This document shows positions 1 to 14,210 of a DNA stretch of 64,000 nucleotides, piece after piece. Positions within the stretch are counted from its first letter, which is position 1. Each line of letters opens with the position of its first letter. Under the pieces are notes generated by a model, which saw only the letters and a program-made list of their open reading frames with translations, did no database searches and was not told the origin of the DNA. Made by a program: the position numbers and the translations under genes. The DNA comes from the human T2T-CHM13v2.0 reference genome, Homo sapiens: NCBI GenBank assembly GCA_009914755.4, contig CP068257.2, positions 37,984,001 through 38,048,000 on the forward strand, written 5' to 3'.

Positions 1-3000
1 ATATGTCGGGCTGAGCTGGAAGCTGGATGGGAGAGTCAGGGGCTCAACGCCAGAGAAGAGGCAGGAAGGGTTTCCTGTGCAGCAGGGGTTGAGGGATGGA
101 TAGAAGCCTCAGCATGTGGACAACAGACATGAATTAGAAGCTCCTGGAGCCTACAGGGAAAGAAGCTGAGGTTTCCAGCTGCTTGTTCCAGTGGTTACCT
201 CTGTGTGCAGTGGACCTTGCTGGCCAGAGGTGAGGCAGCTGGGCTGGGAAACCTGGGAGGAGACTCCCCCAGCTGCGGTGACATCTTTCTTCATGCTCTT
301 CAGAGTCATGATTCACACACTTCTCCCAATTCTTCTTCTGGGAGGCTTCTACAGTCTGGGACTGCTTCTTCTTAAGGACCTCCTGGATGCACCCTTTGTT
401 TGTATCCCAGTGTCCAGCACTGTGCCAGACACAGTAACTTCCCTGTAGATGCAGGTTGAACCAAGGGATCAATTAGGAAATCAGTTTGCATCTGCCACTT
501 GCCTTTCAGTTTTACGACTTTTATCTGCAAGGCACAATCGGTTTGGTGGAATGACTGGCCAAGATGGCAAAGCCAGGAGGAATTTGCAGCAGGGATTTTT
601 ACCCTCATTTTGGATTTAGTGCGGTCAGGTAACCCGTGAGTGAGTCTGGAGGATGGCTGATAAAAATATTCTTGGTTCCAAAGTTTTCAAGAGCTCTGGA
701 GGCAGGTCAGGCATGAAAACTGTGAAATGATGGCTTGTCCTGTAGAACTCTACAAGGAAGAATTGGCTGAGTAAATTATTGAATAGCAACTTTTTCTTTC
801 ATTTCCTTTTTTTTTTTTAACCAGTGGGAAGCTGAACATCTCAGGACAGGTATTATTATCACTAAAAAAATAGACGTCATAAAATTTATAGTGCTTCATT
901 TAGAGATTGGAAGATCTAGGCGTTAAGCCATTTTCTAATGCTGTAAAATAAGATTAATGATGTGTCTTTTTTAATGATCCCTTTTTTAAGATTAAAATCT
1001 TTGATGTGGAAAATGTTCATTGCTGTTGCTATTTCGAGGCCTGGATGAATTACCTTACCTTCTGTGTCTGTGACAGATCCCTGTGTCCACTGCAAAGTTC
1101 TACCTTCCCATTTATTGGGTTTCCTAGGTTTTCTAAATTTACTGATTTAACTCTAGTGGTTCAATTTATTCCAGAAATTTATTCACTAACTGCATGGCAC
1201 TGCGCTTTCTTACACAAGGGAGTTCTTTGATGGCTGACAGTGGAATTATTGTCAACCATCAATAGGAATACATGAACGTGTCCTGTTTATAGTTCTGTAG
1301 GTAGAACTTGGGTAATATGAGGGATCCTGACTTGTTTGCAAGAGGCTCCCAATGAGGTTGTATTGTTGAAATTTTAATTGTAATTTAGTGGATAAGCAAG
1401 AAATAATAGTTCAGAGGATCGTTTCCTAAAGTCCTTTCATTGTGACCAGGGATTAAAGTAAGTGGCAAAGTAAACAAAAATGCCACCCTCCAAATACGGA
1501 GCAACCCTCCCCACCCCAAACTACCCCCACCCTGGCTCCTGGAGCTTTATTGTGGCTGGAGGCTGCTGTCCCTGGCAGTGCTGCAGCCATAGATACTGCC
1601 TGTTCATGGGACAGACCTGTCTTGTGTCTCAGCACACAGCCTAATGTGCTACTCCTTCTGCAAATATCACTCTAGTTTCAACATAGCTCTTCTGTATTTT
1701 AACCCGAATGGCTGATGCTGGTTGTATTCAGCGATGGGAGAGAGCACCTAGAGAAAAAAAAAAAGAGCTGCTGCTTCTTCCTCTTTTCTCCCTCCTCAGC
1801 CAGCATGATGCAGAAGGTCAGCTCCTAGAGGAGGAGCAAGCAGGCCAGGACGGCTTCAGCACCCACTCTTGTGCGACTTAACACTTACATGGTAACACCA
1901 TGTGAAGTTCGCGGACGTAAAAACAAACGATATCGGGTCCTCTCCCCCAGATGCGATGAGCAGCATGCAGACCAAAGGACAGCGGTCCCCACAGTGCAGC
2001 GTGCTGTGTGCTCCTGCAGAAGGAGGGACAGACATGCCTGAGGATGAAGCCACTAACTGGGAGTGGGGAAGAGAGAGAACAGTGGCTGAACAGGAGTTTC
2101 CTAGGGACCTGCAGAAGGGAAGAGTGGGCAGGACAGAAATAAATAATGCCAGAGTTCTGTGTCACAAACGGTGGACTGTCAGCACGGCTGGTGGGAGGGG
2201 CCGTGCAGCACCCAGTCAGCAGCAAGGCTGGGCGGGCAGCTCAGGGCCAGACTATGAGTGGGCTTTCTAGTGTGTGTGGCTCTGGCCAGGCACAGTCATG
2301 GTTTTCAAGCAAGGATTTGATTTAAATAGATCAGATTCTTCTAACGTGGAGCTCAGGAGGGAGACCAGGCATGGGGTGGCTGCAAAGCACCTGCCAGAAA
2401 TGGTGAGGCCTGGGCTGGGGTGGAAGGGGGAGCTGGACCCAAAAGACACGCTTAGGGAGAAGTGACTGAGATTTGTGAGGGAGTGAGATCGGAGACCTGC
2501 AGCTTCTGACGGGAGTGTCGAGTGGACAGTGACACCGTGCACCCAGAAAGGCAGTGATAGAAGGTCCAGCGGGTTGGTGGGGAAGGTGGTGGAAAGGCCC
2601 TTGAGGCATCTGCCTGCCTTCTCTGCTTTTCACCCCTTGCCCTGCCCTTGTCAGTCTTGTGAGCCTTGGTGAGCACTGGGGAACTTCACCGGGAGGGGCA
2701 GAGCCATGGCCCCAGCTTGGAGGGGGTGCACAGGAGGAGTGTAGCCTGGAGAAGCCTGCCCGCGCCTCCTTCTGTGGGTGCCAGCAGTGGCTTGGGCTGG
2801 TGTTCCCCTGCTTGTGCATTCTATTAGCCTGTGCCAGTCCACGGGCCAGTGGCTGGGTCTCATCCGAGCAAGGAAATTTGGAGCTTCCCGCTTTCCTCTT
2901 GCTTTTCTTTAGACAAGGCATATGGTGAACGCAGTCCTTCCCCAGCTGCTTCTGGCGGGTGTGGCAAAGCACAAAGTGCGGAGATCTCCTGGTTCAGGGA

Positions 3001-3956
3001 GAGAGGGATCTGGTGCCTGAAAAACGTGACGTGAACACTTGGCTTTTCTTAAAACACTCCTCATTGCTTTCCTAGCATAGCAGTTATTTTCCGTCCTCTG
3101 GGCATTGGTGACAGTGTGGCCGCTCCACAGATGTCAAAAACTCAAGTTAATGCAAAGACTTTCACTTCTCAGGCTCCAAAGGCCTCAACAAGCTTCCCCT
3201 CATCTGTGTTCATGGACTTAAACTTCATGTTGTCAAATGAGTATTAGGTAATGGCAGAAATAACGCATGTATCACACATTTATGGATTTATTTCCCTTGC
3301 ATTTATTTTACTTTAGAACACCATGACCCAAAGCAGAGCTCTTGAAACTCTAGTCCTACAACACAATCTTTGAAAAATGGGTTTCATTTTCAGATGCTTG
3401 GGAAATATTGCATTCCCTATGCTCCTCTTGCACATCAATTGTCAGCTCACAATAAAGGCTCTGAGAAGGCCTGCATTATAAAACTGTGCAGACAGGGTCT
3501 CCCCAAGTTGTCACACGTGAGATCCCGGACTCTGTTTAGTGGTTTTTGGTTTTTTTCTAAATGCATTTTGAACAGCCAGGGTACAGACTTCCGTGAAGAC
3601 CACCCTAGAATGCACAAACCACACAAGCCTTTCTAAGTCATGTTGTTGAGTCTGTAAAAGAGGAGGAAATTTGGGAAATGGGCGGCAGGCTTTTCCTGGC
3701 CCTCAAGAGAAGAGCTCCCTCCTTTTTGCATCGATCTCCCTTTTCCATATTTACTTTGCCTCTAATTAATTTTTCTTATTGCTCTTCACCCTATTTCTTG
3801 GTGTTTTGCCTGAGATGAAAGTAGGATAATTAGTTCCTTATCTCTGTTTTAAAGGAATTTCATCTGGCTTCCAGCTCAGGGGCTAATTATGGCTTTATGG
3901 ATTTCCTTCTTTGAAATACATCTATGCTAAATACTGCCAGCTTCTCATTCACTTCA

Positions 3957-4355
<399 letters not shown>

Positions 4356-4454
4356 CTAAGTCAGCCCAAAAAGTGGGGGAGAAATTAGGTGCACTAACAA
4401 GGAATATGCGCATGTTATAACTTCAGGCTATTTCTGTTTGTCAGGAGATTGCTT

Positions 4455-4620
4455 TACCAGGGCCAATTATTTGGTTCCTCTGTGGCTCAGTTTTCTCATC
4501 TGTAAAATGGGAGAATAACAGCATCTACCTCACAAAATTGTAGTGAGAAAGAAATGTCAAACATTTAGAATAATGATTGGCACAGAACTTTAATAATAAT
4601 AACAACAATAATAATACATA
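4455..4620 (+). mobile_element. MIR SINE fragment
   Basis: ctgtggctcagttttctcatctgtaaaatgggagaataacagcatctacctcacaaaattgtagtgag ... followed by an (ATAATA)n tail. Confidence 0.6.
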
Positions 4621-4757
4621 ATGTTACTTCTAAAAAGATACTTAAATGAGTCTTTCGAAATTGACACCTAAGTCTTTTGCCCAGGCTTTACTCAATAAAA
4701 CCAATCATGATAAATCCTGGAAAATAGGGCCTTAACATCACAGTGTTGTTTTATTTT

Positions 4758-5067
<310 letters not shown>

Positions 5068-5563
5068 AACATCACATGTTATTAATTCACCAAGCATTGC
5101 TAGCACTTTTGACTTTATTTTGGAGATCCGAAAATGCTTCTGGGCTGGACACTCAAATAGCAGAGTGAGCGACAGGTCCTGGGGGGAATTTGGAGGTCTG
5201 ATTCTGCTTCCCAGTCCGCCACTTCCTAGTGATGAGCTCCTGGGTCACTACCGAATGACCAGTGCTAACGTGCACTGAGGGCTTACTAGGTGCTGACCAA
5301 AGTTCAAAGCACCTTTCCTGCATCTCCATTGTGGACATGGGACAGTGAGGTGACAAGAGGTGCTCAGTCACCAACGAACCTCAATTTCATCTGTGAAATA
5401 ATAACACCTCCCACTCATCCCACCCAGTGGGATTATCACAAGCTTGAATGACATTGTCTAGAAAGTACTTTGAAAGCTGCAGCATTCTGGTGGATGAAGG
5501 TAGGAGGTCCTCAGATTTTCACTTAAAAGCTTCTGGTTGACGCGTGATTTCTCCCCTTTGCAG

Positions 5564-5696
5564 GAAGCTGACAAGAAGCACGTTGCTGAGTGATCCTGGG
5601 TTCCCATCCTCCGCACCCGTGCATCCACGCGTGGGCCCAGCCAGCAAGGAGAAGTCTAACAGGCAGGAGGAGGGGAGACACAAGGAGCCCCCGCAG
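5564..5696 (+). other. Candidate internal non-coding (5'UTR) exon, 133 nt
   Basis: A polypyrimidine tract plus AG (gatttctcccctttgcag|GAAGCT) at 5561-5563 is paired with a perfect consensus donor CAG|GTAAGT at 5696/5697. One frame is open across the exon and 5 CpGs are retained. It is upstream of the CpG-island promoter, so it would belong to a transcript initiated further 5'. Confidence 0.4.
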
Positions 5697-6085
5697 TAAG
5701 TCACAAGAAGCTGCCTGCACTCTGACTTTCTTTGGCTTTCTCAGCATTTTGTACAGGGTTCCCTTGACTGATGTGGGGGTTAGAACTGGAAGGAAAGGTC
5801 CCTCTCCTCCCATCTGGAGGTGTTGAAGCAGCACTGGGCAGAGCCCAAGGTGGTACCTCTGGGGCTATGGCAGGACAGGGGTGTTCAGTGGGCTGGAAGC
5901 CCCCTTCCCCAACAAAACATCTCTGACCTGGCTGAAGACATTGGAGGTCCATACACGTTTCATTTGAAAAAGGAGTTTCTAACTCTTAAAAAGACAGAAA
6001 ATCACCAATGAAGTCCAACCCTTAGTGAGAATCAACTGACCTTTCCTCTGCACTCCATCACATTTTAATTTTTTTTTTAATTTTA

Positions 6086-6372
6086 CTTTTTTTGGAGACA
6101 GGGTCTCGCTCAGTTGTCCAGGCTGGAGGGCAGTGGCATGATCACAGCTGATTGCAGCCTTGATCTCCTGGGCTCAAATGATCTCATCTCAGCCTCCCGA
6201 GTACCTGGGACCACAGGTGTGTGCCACCAAATAGGTGTGCAGCTAATTTTATTATTTTTATTTTTTCATAGATACGAGGTCTTGTTGTGTTGTTCAGGCT
6301 GGTCTCGAACTCCTGAGCTCAAGGAATCTTCCCACCTTGGCCTCTGAAAGCACTAGGATTGCAGGCACGAGA
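6086..6372 (-). mobile_element. Alu SINE
   Basis: Reverse-complement Alu (tttttggagacagggtctcgctc ... cactaggattgcaggcacgag). Confidence 0.9.
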
Positions 6373-7069
6373 CATCATTACATTTTATGGAGGTTCTGTT
6401 TGCTTCTGCACCTTGGTCTAATCCTATGATCAGTTATCACCAAGTTGGTCTCTCTTATGCCACTGTATGTTCCTGAAGGAGAAATAGTTTATTTTTCCTT
6501 GTGCCCCACCTCAAAGGATGATCAACATATTAAGCCAACACTCCAGAATGTACAGGCTTCCAATCAATGCGCTGTCTTGCAAATGGTCCCAGAACTACCC
6601 TCTCTTCAATATACCTCTTTTGACAGAGCTCAGCGTACAGGAAAATCTCCTCAAATGCAGAAATTTGAGTGTGAATTTAATTTTCAGTGCATCAAAAAAT
6701 CATTTAGCACTAGGAAGATAGCCTCTCTGACAGGAACGGTGTGTACCTCTAAAGAATGGGTTCCTTGAGAGGGTAGGAAATGATTCTGAAGGCTTCCAAA
6801 CACGAAAAGCTGCCATGCTGGTTGAAAAAAAATCAGTTATGTTATTTCAGAATTCTACTTTCTGCTTCCTTCCCAATCATACAAGCTACACGACGTTTAA
6901 CTCTGTGTACTAGGCAGTTCTGCAAAGGAACAGGCAGTCCTTGGGTCTGGGTTGAAGACAAGAGCTTAAGTCCAGTCTCTCCAAGCACTGGTTAGCTGCA
7001 TGCAACATGGCACGTTCACGGATGCTGCATTCTGAAGTCAGGATCACTAGCAACAGATACAAAGAGACC

Positions 7070-7236
7070 CTGGGTGTGATGGCTCATGCCTGTAATCCCA
7101 GCACTTTGGGAGGGATCACCCAAGTCCAGGAGTTTGAGACCAACTTGGACAACACAGAAAGACCCCTGTCTATACAAAAAAATTAAATTAAAAAAGACCA
7201 CGCTGGGCAACATAGTGAGACTCTGTTTCTACAAAG
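7070..7236 (+). mobile_element. Alu-monomer-like fragment (FLAM-like)
   Basis: tgggtgtgatggctcatgcctgtaatcccagcactttgggagg ... gaccaacttggacaacac ... A-rich tail. Confidence 0.75.
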
Positions 7237-7253
7237 GAGATCCCCCCCGTCCG

Positions 7254-7672
<419 letters not shown>

Positions 7673-8143
7673 TTTATCCCAAATTTTTAAATAGAAATTT
7701 TTATTCCCTTCTCTGGAAGAAATATGAAAAGGACCAAAGCAAAGTGGTTTTCACTTGTTTGTTTGCATTTTGGAAGTGAGATTGCCTTATAGATCCTCTT
7801 TCCCAATATTACTATAAATTAAACTGACTTTAAAGTGACCAACTTTCCTACCAAGCTTACCGCACTATCTAAAGGCCTTGTGTTCTAAAAGCAAAAGATC
7901 AAATCGTATGTTTTAAAGAGGAATGGTGCCATTGTTATTATGTGGATGCTCACTATGTGTAGGTTCTGTGTTGAGTTTTACTCAGTCACTCATTTAAACA
8001 ATTTATTTGTTAATGCATCACTTTGTTTATTCACTTAACACCTGTCTTGAGTGCCTGCTATATCTCAGGAACTGTGATAGACATTGGTGGAAACAGAAGT
8101 CAGTGAGATACATGAAGGAGGCTAGTAGTAAAGACAGAAATTA

Positions 8144-8492
<349 letters not shown>

Positions 8493-11128
8493 TTACCAAA
8501 AAGAAAGCACAGAGTGCCACAGGAGTCCTCCAGCATTTGGCTGCACCATCTTTCTATAAGCTTTACAACAACGCTGTTATCATGCCCACTGTGTAGATGG
8601 GGAAACTGAGGGGTGGAGCTTACTTACGGAGTAAGAGTTTGCAAAGCCAAGTTGACCAAACTCTACATGTTCTTACCACTCCATCTCCTTCCTGGCTTGG
8701 AACTTCCATGCTGAAGGTTCCAGATGGACCTTTATTTTAGAGACCTTAGAACTGGCTTAGGTTTACATGCTCCAGAGCTCACTAGAAATGTCAGGGAAGG
8801 CACAGCCATGGGGAAGGGGGTGCACTGTGCCAAGAATTTTGCTTAAGAAGCCAGCTCAACAGTGAAAGGTGATGATCATTTTCAAGTGTTCTTGGTTTTT
8901 CATGTGTCATAAAATTGCACTATTCAGGAATAATCCCAAAATCAAATTAAAAACTTCTATGAAAATATGAAATGGAAAGCTTACTGATGCATGCTTATAA
9001 ACTGGTTACTGTACTTTCTCTGTGGCCTCAGGGCTGGAGGGCTGTGTTTTTTCAGAGGTGACCAGGGACCATCCAAACACAGCCTCCTTCCGCACTTCTC
9101 TTAACCAGCGTAGACTCTTCTGGTCCCATTCAGAGAGTGAATTCCTTCATTATCTGGGAAGGCGTGGTCCCACCTACTTATAGCAATGAGGGGCCACCTT
9201 CATCCTAACCCATAGGGTGCAACTGGCCACAGCCTTGCCTATCCGTATAATGCACAATTGTCATGTTATAACCACGTGGGCCACCCTGGCTTGGGCCATG
9301 TTTCCTCAGCCCCCTGGGAGGGGTGGTGGTCATAATCATGTTCTGCAATCCCAATGAAGGCTCCCCCCCAGTTGGGGAAAAGTCAGCCTGTTTGTTGGGG
9401 CAAGAATAGCCCACATGGGCAGGATATCCCCTCAATGAGGCAGTGGTGCGGCTCCCAGGGGCCCCAGGACAGTAGCCACACTGCCGGCACACACCTCAGA
9501 CTCCAGGCAGCAGCTGCTACCTCCAGGGTTCAGCTCCCAGTTCCCCGGCCCACTCTGTTCTCTCACCCTTCACTTTGCTCCAAGAGAAAGCTTTGTTTCA
9601 TGCCTCAGAAAACTGCTGTGGGCCTGGAAAGCCTTCCAGGCAGAGGCATTCTAATTAGTATTGTGACTTCTCTGGGAAAATCATTTTCCAGGCCTCAAAG
9701 AACCTCTGATGATTCTCTAACTTTTCATGAGGGTCCCTGGGACATCTCAGCCATGAAGCTCGTTCCACTTAGGTTTTTGAATCAGAAATGCAGGAATTTT
9801 CCGCTGGTAGTGGCTGGAGCTTCCTTGAGATGAGTGAAGAGCAAGTGAACTCTCCCGCCTCCCACCATCACCAGCCTGGATCAGGAGGGGAGAAGGAACT
9901 TGCTTGCACATTTTGCAACCAAACCCCATGGTAGAAAAGGGCCCTCGTAGTGGGTCTTAAGATAGATGAAAGGAAAAAAAAAAAAGAGTCCTCGCTTGCT
10001 CCATTTCCCCAGCCACTGCCCATGGATGCCACCGGTTGATCCCTCCACTTACCTATTTAAGTATTGCTCCAGCATTCCCTGTGTGCCAGGCGGAGGTCTC
10101 TGCTGGGGTGCAGTGGTGCACCCTGAAGTCCCGTTCTGGCAGGGGAGACAGAGCATGGACAAATGAGCAGGTGGACCCCGAAATGTCAGGTAGCAATGCT
10201 GAGCCAGAAGGATCAACAGCAGGGGACTGAGGTGTGTGTGGGGGGTGTGTGTGCTAAACAGGGCATCAGGGAAGGGGAAGTAGTCTCTGAGCAGAGATCT
10301 GGTGAAGTCCAGGAGAGTCCCATGAATATCCGTGAGAGGCTTGGTCCAGGCAGAGGGCAGGGAAGGAGCAGGTCCTGAAATGACGTGGGCCTGGCCTGTG
10401 GAAGGAGCACCTGAAGGCTGGCATGGAGGGAGGGACTGGCCGCAGGGAAATTTGACCAGCGGCTCCTTCGTGTGGCGCAGGACTGGCAGCAGGGGACTTT
10501 GACCGGCAGCTCCATCATGGGGCACAATCTTCTAATCTCTGATAAGCGGCCCTTTTCCGTGGAGCTGTCATGGATAAATGTTTTCTGTAGCTATTTGTGG
10601 AGCACTGGGTCCCGTTCCTTTCTACGAGAGCGGCCGTTCCCAATTGGGTGTGACTTTGCTCCCTATGGGATATTTGGCAAGTTTGGAGACGTTGTCACAA
10701 CTTGTGTGTGTGTGCAGGGGTGCGCATCCAGTGGATAGAGGCCAAGGGTCCTGTTAAGCATACCACAGTGCACAGGACAGTCTCACAACAAGGAATTATC
10801 CAACCCACAATTTCAAGTGTGCTGAGGTTAAGAACCCTGAAACCAAACAGGAGTGTCAGCGAGCACAGGGAAGGTTGCACGTTTTGACTGACAGTCACTG
10901 GTACCAGGCTCTGGAGGGCCTTGTGGGGTGATGGAAGGTATATGGGGAAGAGGTGCTCGGCCTCTGCAAATCCTTCTCCCATGGGAGAGAAGTTTGCATG
11001 GCTCACAGGTGAGACCCATCCCCACAGTGACCGGGACAGAGCAGACCACTGCCTGGGCCACTGCCTCGGCCTCTCGTACAGTTTAGCAAAGACCAATTTC
11101 AGAGCCTGAGACCATGAGCTCTGGCCTA

Positions 11129-11146
11129 GGATGGATGGATGGATGC
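11129..11146. repeat. (GGAT)n, 4.5 units
   Basis: ggatggatggatggatg. Confidence 0.8.
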
Positions 11147-12774
11147 TTTCACTTTCTTGACAGGTATCTCCAAGACCCAAGGCCATGGCTAGCCCATCTC
11201 ACAGTGGTGCTCACTGGGCTAAGCAATTTGCGCACATTGACTTATGATCTGCCCTCTGCTACAGCCTATTTTCTACATGGTAGTGCTAAGCAGTGAGCAG
11301 GTACGTTCCTGGTGCAGGGTGTTTGCCTTTGCTGTGATCTCATCTGCCTGGAATGCTCCCTCCTCATTTCTGCCCTTTCACCATGGGGGGTCTCAGCTGG
11401 AACACTGTCCCCATGCAGAGGCCCTTAGCCCTCCAATTCGTTTCCCTTATCCTTGTTTTTATACCACTTACTAGCCTAATTGAAAACAAGCTGCTCAAAT
11501 GAAGAAGTCATTGTAGTATAATTAAATTACTCTGGTCTTGGAAACAAAAAATGGAGGACCCTCCTCCCAAGGACAATTTCAGGGAAGAAGCTTCCAGCTC
11601 CACCACCAGCACCCAAAGCTGAAATTCTACCTGAACGATTCCCTGATTTTTATACTTGGAGCGCAATAAGTGTATTTTAACTGTTTACATTTAACATATA
11701 AATGTAATTTATATGTCGGTATTGACATGTATCCAGGCTTGGCTTCTGTGGCCCCTGCTGAGACTGGCCCCCTGCCCCTCAGAGCAGAGCTCTAAGTCTC
11801 AGTCTCCCAGGGCCCTTTCTCTGGGTCCTGCACCCTCCTCCCCCACCACCTTTATTAAAAAAACACCTGCCCCATGTCATAGCCCCTCAGGTGCCGGCTC
11901 AATTGAGGTGTCCGTAGCTGGACAGAGGTCTGATGTGCTTCTTGGTGCAGGACGTGCTGGGTGGGAAAGGAGGAAAGGGTGGGAAGGGAGTGGGGGGAAC
12001 AGCAACCGGGGACTGGGAGGGAGAGGGCAGGGGGCACCCCGGAAGGCAGGCAGGCTCACCTCCTGTCCCCTCTGGGCTGGTACCCACCCCACTTGATGCT
12101 GCCTGAGGCGGCATCCTGTCTGGCCCTGCTCAGCTGTGAGTGTGCCAGGCCCGTATGGTTACCCCAGGAAACGGGAGCTGCACAAAGCCACGTGCAGAAT
12201 CGCGTGGGAGTTTAATAATCCCGGCTGGTGATTGCTGCCCCACGGCTGCGTTCCTCTCCATCAGACCCCTCATAGGCTTCCCTCCAACCCGACGCTCAAG
12301 CTTCCGAGGCCTGTCCGTTCTCTGAAGCGATTCTACACCTTTTAGGCTCTGGACTCCATGTTCCTAATTTGTTTTTGGAGCGGGGGGTCTCTCCTCACTT
12401 CCCTATTAGCTCACGTCATCTTTGTGCAAGAAGGATCACATGTCAGCCGTGGGGAAGAAAGGGCTGGCACTGCTCTGAAGCTGCTGAAGTTATGACATTA
12501 AGGAAAATAAGCCAGCTTCATTGGGCTTGGGGTAGGCGCCTGAGCATTGGGACTTTTAAGAGTTTCCCAAGAGATTTTACTGCAGCCAGGGTTGAAGATC
12601 ACTGAATTGAATGATATGTTCTCAATCCCTTAAAAAATGTATATTTGTCTACATAAATATATATCTATTTTTCCTGCCAGAGAAAGGTGGGGTCCCACTG
12701 GCTTCAGCTCCTGCGACCCCTCCCCCACCCCCGCACTATGGCTGTGGTACATCAGTATTCATTTACCTGGGGGC

Positions 12775-12862
12775 CGCCTGTGGCTGTGTGACCCAGGACA
12801 GGCCCTCTGACTTCTCTGTGCCGGAGTCGTCTCATCCGTGAAATGGGAATCGTCAAGGCATC
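12775..12862 (+). mobile_element. MIR SINE fragment
   Basis: gctgtgtgacccaggacaggccctctgacttctctgtgccggagtcgtctcatccgtgaaatgggaatcgtcaagg (MIR core-like). Confidence 0.5.
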
Positions 12863-13239
12863 TACTTCACTGGGTCGTCACTGCGCAGTCCCATAGCGCC
12901 CCACGCCTTGCATGACTTTGGCTCATTCCTCATAATCAGGCCTTTTGCTTAGCATCTCTTTTTAAAAACATCTGGTTGTGGTGGTGGTGGGGGGCGGTGT
13001 TCTTTCCGGGGGCATCTGGGGTTTGAGAAGCGAAGGACCCCACAGCCTTCCCTCTCCTGTGAGTGTTTTCAAAGTTAACTTTGGGACGGTTCTCCCGGAG
13101 GGCCAGACAGAAACTCAAAGAACCGGCCTCAGGGGATCTGAGCAAATTCCACCGTCGTCAATTCCTGGTGCTCCGTGAAAGATGCTCTTTCCCTCGGGGC
13201 TTCGGAGCCGGAGCATTTGTAGACAGTTCCTGCCTCTTC

Positions 13240-13680
13240 ACTCGGCTGCCGGCCTGGGGGTCCCGTCGCCTCCCGGAGCCGCCCGCCGCGTCCCCCAGCC
13301 CGCGCCGCCCTGCGCGGCCCGCCGGCCTCCTCACCTATCAGATTTCCTGTGCGCATCGCCGCGCGCTCCTCCCACCTCCTAAATGCGGAGCGGAGCGGGG
13401 AGCAAAACCATCCTCGGCCTGGACCCAGCGCCTCCGGGGACCGGCCGCGCGCCCCCTGCGTCCGCGGGCCGGGATGCGGCTCTGAGCCAGCGGCGGCTTC
13501 CAGCCCGACTGGGCCTGCCGGGGCTGCCCCGCGCACGGTAAGGCCCGGGGCTGGGGCGCGGGGCGCGGGGCGCGGGGAGCGCTGGCCGGGAGCGGGGGGC
13601 CGGGTCCTGCGGCGCGCGGGGGCGTGGGTGCCGGGCGCAGGGGACCGCGGCGCGGCCGCGCACTGCAGGCGTGCTCTTCT
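13240..13680. promoter_or_regulatory. CpG island; candidate bidirectional TATA-less promoter with divergent first-exon splice donors
   Basis: The interval is very GC- and CpG-rich (runs such as gcccgccgcgtcccccagcccgcgccgccctgcgcggcccgccgg and a (GGGCGC)n-like stretch at 13549-13577), whereas flanking DNA is CpG-poor. A + strand donor ACG|GTAAGG lies at 13537/13538. A - strand donor (plus-strand text cctcACCTat, reverse complement ATAG|GTGAGG) lies at 13336/13337. This head-to-head pair is typical of divergent first exons. Confidence 0.85.
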
Positions 13681-14136
13681 GTTTTCTCCTTCGTTCCTTT
13701 TAAATGAAGGGAAAGAAAATTGTTACAGACCAAATGTCATCAAACTTGGTGTGAAAACATACTCATTTATAAAGTCTTATCGCTACTCACGCCACGCCCC
13801 GAGGAAGTTGTGTTCCTGGGTGGGCACGGTGCGGACACAAGACTTAGGGAATCAGCACTGGATGGAAACATCGCACAATTAAAAAGAATGGCCTAATCTT
13901 AAGCAACAACAACAAAACAAACTCTGAAGCACCCTGCGGCAGGCAGCTTCTGCATCGTGGGGGTTGTGGAAGGGGCTGATGGGCAGGATCATGAGAAAGA
14001 CAGCTTTTCATTAAGAGATGACACCAGGGGTTTTGACTTTGGGAGGACCAGAAGGGAGTCTGTAGGTCATTGCTAAATACAGTGAGGTACCTTAAGACTC
14101 AGTAATGAACATTATTTTAAAAACAATATCTGTACC

Positions 14137-14210
14137 GTGTGTGTGTGTGTGAGTGCGTGTGTGTGTGCGCGCGTATGTGTGCGCATGTGCACGTGTGTTC
14201 TCACACACAC
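14137..14210. repeat. Imperfect (GT)n/(CA)n microsatellite
   Basis: gtgtgtgtgtgtgtgagtgcgtgtgtgtgtgcgcgcgtatgtgtgcgcatgtgcacgtgtgttctcacacacac. Confidence 0.9.

Noticed and set aside
2331-2972. A 213-aa ORF on the minus strand (Pro, Ser and Gly rich) and overlapping smaller ORFs.
   Set aside because: The sequence is a moderately GC-rich low-complexity segment with no recognisable domain, no splice-site framing and overlapping ORFs in other frames. This is typical non-coding background.
9354-11186. Several 150-165-aa ORFs (9354..9833 +, 10049..10525 -, 10695..11186 -), and similar ones at 50723..51190 (-) and 57631..58113 (-).
   Set aside because: They have no start-codon context, no splice-site framing and no recognisable domains or motifs. 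Their composition is typical of random ORFs in 50% GC human DNA. ORFs of this length are expected by chance in 64 kb across six frames.
13129-13882. A cluster of long overlapping ORFs on both strands (131-177 aa; Arg, Pro, Ala and Gly rich) inside and around 13.1-13.9 kb.
   Set aside because: This is a classic artefact of a CpG island. GC-rich DNA has few stop codons in any frame, the predicted products are low-complexity, and ORFs overlap on both strands. The region is better explained as a promoter.
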